In this document: positions 35,195-39,700 of the stretch, piece after piece | Numbering within the stretch: the first letter of the stretch is position 1 | Layout of the letters: each line of letters starts with the position of its first letter | Assembly (NCBI GenBank): GCA_003990765.1 | Contig: RBNJ01000137.1 | Location: 1 to 39,700 of the forward strand | Length of the DNA: 39,700 bases | Source of the DNA: Jimgerdemannia flammicorona | Taxonomy: Eukaryota | Reading direction: 5' to 3' | Position numbers and translations under genes: made by a program | The notes under the pieces: model-generated | The model's database searches: none | The model's input: only the letters and a program-made list of their open reading frames with translations | Told to the model about the DNA's origin: nothing

Positions 35195-38100
35195 ATTATT
35201 ATTATCTTTTCTCTAAAAACAATGTCAAAAGTATTGTCAGAAGTTTGTATAATCTGAATTATACTGGAGAAAGGTATATACTAGCTAACACTCTTGTTAA
35301 GACTCATTAAGCCTTATTAAGATTTCACAGTATTTGCTTTGTTTGTAGCTTAATATTATTAAGTAACCATAGACCAGCTATTGCAAGAATCTTTCTTTTC
35401 ACTTATCTATATTGACTTCTGCATCTGGGGGCTTGTTCTGGAGGATTTATCCAATATTTAGCCAGCAGCAATTCAAGGTCAGTTTTCTATTGAGAAAATA
35501 CCTGTCATTGATTGTTATTCCACTATAGATCACTTATTATATCTTCAATAGTTATCCAATAGTCAACTAGACTATCTGACTCTCTCCCCCAGTTAAGCTT
35601 GACTCTGGCCCATACACTCATCAAGACTCATCAAGTCTAGTCAAGCTTTGCCTCATTTATGGCTTAGTATTGCTGAGCCATCAAAGATCATCTATTATGA
35701 AAGATCTTTTTCTTGACTTTCTCACATTGATCTCTATATTCAAGAGTATATACTGAGGAATCTATCAATAGCCAACTAATGACAGTTTAAGATCAGTTTT
35801 GCAAAGAGAGAAGAGATTCAGGAAAGAATATAGATCATATAGTAGTTTTAAGAACTTTGGTTTGAAGATAGCAGAATTGAAGCCCCCAATATCTTCCTTA
35901 AGTCATCTACTCCTCAGAATTTCTGAGGTGTCATTTGCCAATAATAATCATTGCTTTCTCTATATTAGATTTATTCTAATGCATCACTCTCTCCAAACTG
36001 ATATTTCTCACCTCATGTAAATCTAGTCTATCTTCTCTATCTGAAAGACATTACCAGTGCTCTAATTCTTCTTAAGTATAGTGATAGTATAGAGAAGAAT
36101 AAAAGTCTATATAGAAACTTCACAATATCAATGCAAATGAGAGAGAGAAAGATAAAGACAGAAATATCTTAAATCAATGATAATATTGCTCATCAATGAT
36201 AATATTGCTCAGATTTGAGTTCTGGGTAGAGATGGTGTGTGAGACTTAGTACAGAAGTTTACTGATTCAAATTTCACTGACTGAGATAATATAGATTAGT
36301 CTCAACCTTTTTGAGATTTTATTTTTATTATACTCTATTGTATAAAATTATACTCAAATACTTAAACTGCTGAGAATATAAGAATATAAATCAATTTATT
36401 ATTTCTCAGAATTAAATTTTGTATAGATAAAAAAAAATTCTTTTAATATGTGGAAATTTTAATATATTGGAATTCTAAACATAATAGTATATATATATAT
36501 ATATATATATATAATTAGAGTACTTAATATAAATATTTAGAAGAGTAGTATAATAGAGTTATACTGAGAGACTAGTGTTAGCTATAGAAGAGCATAAATG
36601 AAATTCTATCAGAAAGGAGAAAAACAACTAAAGAGAGAGTATATTTAAGAAGAAGGTCATTTAATTGATTGGAGTTATATGAAAATTTTCAGATATTGCT
36701 TTATTTATCTATTTTACTGATTATTTCATTTGATTTTCTTTGTATAGACCCATATTATTCAAATAGATATATTTTTACTTTTATATCTATATTAATAACT
36801 ATATTGTACCACCTTATATAGATATAAAAAATATAAAAGAAATAAAAGTCATCTACATTTTCTATGAATATACTTGTATATTTGTATGAGTACTTCTGTT
36901 TTGAATATTATAGAGTTTTACAGCATAGCAAAGTTATGAATGATAAATAAATAGTATCATCCTTTAGAGGAGAAATAATATATACTAAAGAGATAGACAT
37001 CTCTGATATGTATCTCTACTGAGTTGCTGGTATTTATTCAGATTATCTATATTATACAAAATAGCAAAATATATATATAGAAAGTATATATCCTTAACCA
37101 TACCTATTGTATAGAATATTAAGTATAGTTGATCACCAAGTCTACTTTATCTCTTTGATCACTTAGATTATATTATTACTGATAGAGTACTGTCTATTCT
37201 TATTTTCTTATATAACTTAATTAGGCTAATATATATATTTCTCTTTTTCTTAACATATACTACAATTGATACTTCTTGGAAAGATAGACCTCAGTATATA
37301 CAGATCAACCAGATGCAGTATTCTGTATACTTTTTATATATACAAATTGATCAGGTATAGAGAAGAGAGTATATATGTTTTGATATAATTTCTAAATTAT
37401 ATTACTTTACTTATTTTAGCTACTTATTCAATATATATTCAAATAATTTTATCAATTAAAACTATTCTGTTATATTTCTAATATTCTAAGTAGTAAGAAA
37501 GTGAGAAATTAATATGAACCCTATACTATTAGTCTTGAAGAATGCAAAAGTTTTTGAATCTATGATATTCTAGCTAATACTAATGACTATTATCATAATC
37601 TTACTAATTAGTCTGAGTACTAGTGCTAAAATGTTCTTTATATTATTATTGCTATAAATAGTAATAGTTGATATCAAGTTGTCCACCCTGAGGACTACCT
37701 CTTAACTATCTACAAAATCCTTATCAATATTCTTAATACTGAGGGCTAAGATACTTGGAATAGCAATACTCTGGATAACAGTTCCTATAGCCTGGTTATT
37801 ATAGGTATTATTCCCCTTTTCCTGGATATAGGAGATTATTTTGAAGGATTACATGAAGAATTATTTAAAATTACAAGTTGAGAATTACAAATCTACCAAT
37901 TCTGAAAAGAGGATAGAGATAATAATTGCAAATTCCAATCTAATCTATTGATCAAAATATGCTTGAGATCACTATTAGCAAATATTGGATGCTTTTTGTA
38001 GCTATTATTCTAATTACAGAGATATATTATAAAGATCTTCCTAACTATATTATAGTACTATATCTGAATACTAAATTCTATAACACTCTTGCATATGGGT

Positions 38101-38593
38101 CCAGTATAGAATGCTGATTGATATCTCATAGCAACTAACCATAAGCTGTTTGAACTTCTTACTCTAGATAACCTATGAGCTCAATATTGGTACCCATCAT
38201 ATAATTGAGCTATCATTCTTATTTTAATAAAGTAAGTAGCTGATAGAGATAGAGAATAGAATATTAAATTATGTCACCAAGGTGTAGACATTATTTGCAG
38301 TAAGTAGTATGCTACTTTTGGACAAACCATCAGTAAAGTGAGAGCAGTTTATGAACAAAAGAGAAAGGAGTTAATATTTGAAGAAGGTATGAGATAAATA
38401 ACAGTAAGATCAGTAGACTATCTCCAACTTGAAAGAATTGTAAGTCAGTAGAGTAGATATTAATTAGGTGGTCAGGGAGTATAATAGTACTACTACAGAA
38501 AGAAGTATATTATTGATGGAAGTCAGAGAATTTGTCATTGTGAGAAAAAGCCCAAAATAAATTTTATTTTATTTTTTTATTATACTGTACTTT

Positions 38594-38635
<42 letters not shown>

Positions 38636-38689
38636 CAATTAGGCAGCCTGAGAAAGACTTATTGCTCAAGTATTATTTGATATAGATTT

Positions 38690-39030
38690 TATCCTAATTA
38701 TTAAATAAAATAAATAAAATAAATAAAATAAATAAAATAAATTTAAATCAATTTGAATTGAGATTAATTTGAATTAAATCAAATTAATGATTTTTAGATT
38801 TAAATTAATTTAAATTAAATTGAGTTGAGATATTCAAATTTATTTATTTATTTTCAAACTTTGAAATTTGATTCCATGATTAAAATATATCAAATTTAAT
38901 AAATTTTATTACATATATAGAGTTTATCTTTATAAGATAAATCTAATAAATTAAAACTTATTCCAAATTTTTTTTTAATCTAATTAAACTATATCAAATT
39001 GTATCTCAATTTGATTCATTCTAAGCACTA
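38690..39030. mobile_element. Possible very old, AT-eroded relative of the hAT-like MITE
   Basis: Ends in ..ttgattcattctaAGCACTA like the MITE right TIR; 5-bp periodic AATTG/AATTA/AAATC repeats (eroded TCGAA); central palindrome tttatctt-tat-aagataaa; no left TIR or TSD found. Confidence 0.4.
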
Positions 39031-39644
39031 GTTAATAGAATTTGTAGATTATAGAGATGTACTAACTTTATACTATATTTTTATATATAATGTCTATAAA
39101 CTATATAAGTAATTAAAAAATTTCTACTTTGAAGATTTCCAAAAATCATATAAAAATTTCCTAGTTAGTAAGATGCATTACTTCAAATATAACTTAAATA
39201 TAGATTCTACCTACTTCACAATATCCAGATAAATATATGTATACTATACTATAGTAATGTAATGTATTTTTTTTTTTTTTTGAGAAGAGAGGGCTAACAT
39301 AGCTATGTTATGATAATAAACTTAGAGAAGGTGCTATAGATAGATAGGGCTGTTTTTCTTATTATGACTTAAAGCAAGTTTTCTAACATCTTTCTCTATT
39401 ATAGTTGAAGTTTTATAAATTACTAACTATATAATAGCTATAGTTATAGCTCTTGATAGTATTATCAAGCTTCTAAATATAATTGATTAATTGCTTTGAG
39501 ATTGGGATTATAGCTTATAACTAGAATTTCAAGGTTATACTAGAGTTCTGTAAAAAAAAAAAAATAGCATTTAAATAATGAAGAAAAAATTTCATTCTAT
39601 AATAAATTTGCCTTGCTGTTCTGCTACTTATTGAATATATTATC

Positions 39645-39646
<2 letters not shown>

Positions 39647-39684
<38 letters not shown>

Positions 39685-39700
39685 TTTTTTTTTTTTTTTT
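39647..39700 (-). repeat. Poly-T run at the window edge, possibly the poly-A tail of a further minus-strand retroelement
   Basis: 54 nt of T with one G; same layout as the left end of LINE D. Confidence 0.45.

Larger units (their letters stand above)
29112..35277 (-). mobile_element. Full-length, heavily mutated L1/Tx1-like LINE, copy D
   Basis: Poly-T 29111-29133 followed by the reverse complement of gtaataaa..agtccaag; C-rich plus strand; RT motif relics (RVLQRDPLLLILYALSLEPL, VGVFADD); 5' UTR at ~35195-35277; TSD ATACTAGCTAATACT (29097-29111) / ATACTAGCTAACACT (35278-35292). Confidence 0.93.

Noticed and set aside
35800..38650. Possible gene relics, a 19-bp direct duplication (36173-36211) and (TA)n runs
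   Set aside because: Extremely eroded AT-rich DNA; no supportable frame, termini or TSD

Overview
Eukaryotic, most likely fungal, transposon-dense DNA with no intact host gene. It holds four degenerate copies of one L1/Tx1-like non-LTR retrotransposon family (ORF1 plus APE endonuclease/RT/CCHC ORF2, AATAAA and poly-A, very G-rich sense strand). Copy A (1517-7325) is nested in the same orientation inside ORF1 of copy B (1174-1516 + 7326-~11488) with an exact 15-bp TSD. Copy C (11927-17830) interrupts a minus-strand, intron-containing Plavaka-like transposase pseudogene. Copy D (29112-35277) is on the minus strand. There are also two copies of a hAT-like MITE (8-bp TSD, TCGAA micro-repeats, ~149-bp internal hairpin), a larger non-autonomous hAT-like element, tandem repeats and degraded gene remnants. 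Almost everything is CpG-depleted and carries C>T/G>A transitions that increase with apparent element age, pointing to a methylation/RIP-like genome defence. All calls come from reading and hand-aligning the sequence; no database search was run. I did not find an intact new system; the best leads are the unusual traits of the LINE family and the mutation gradient.
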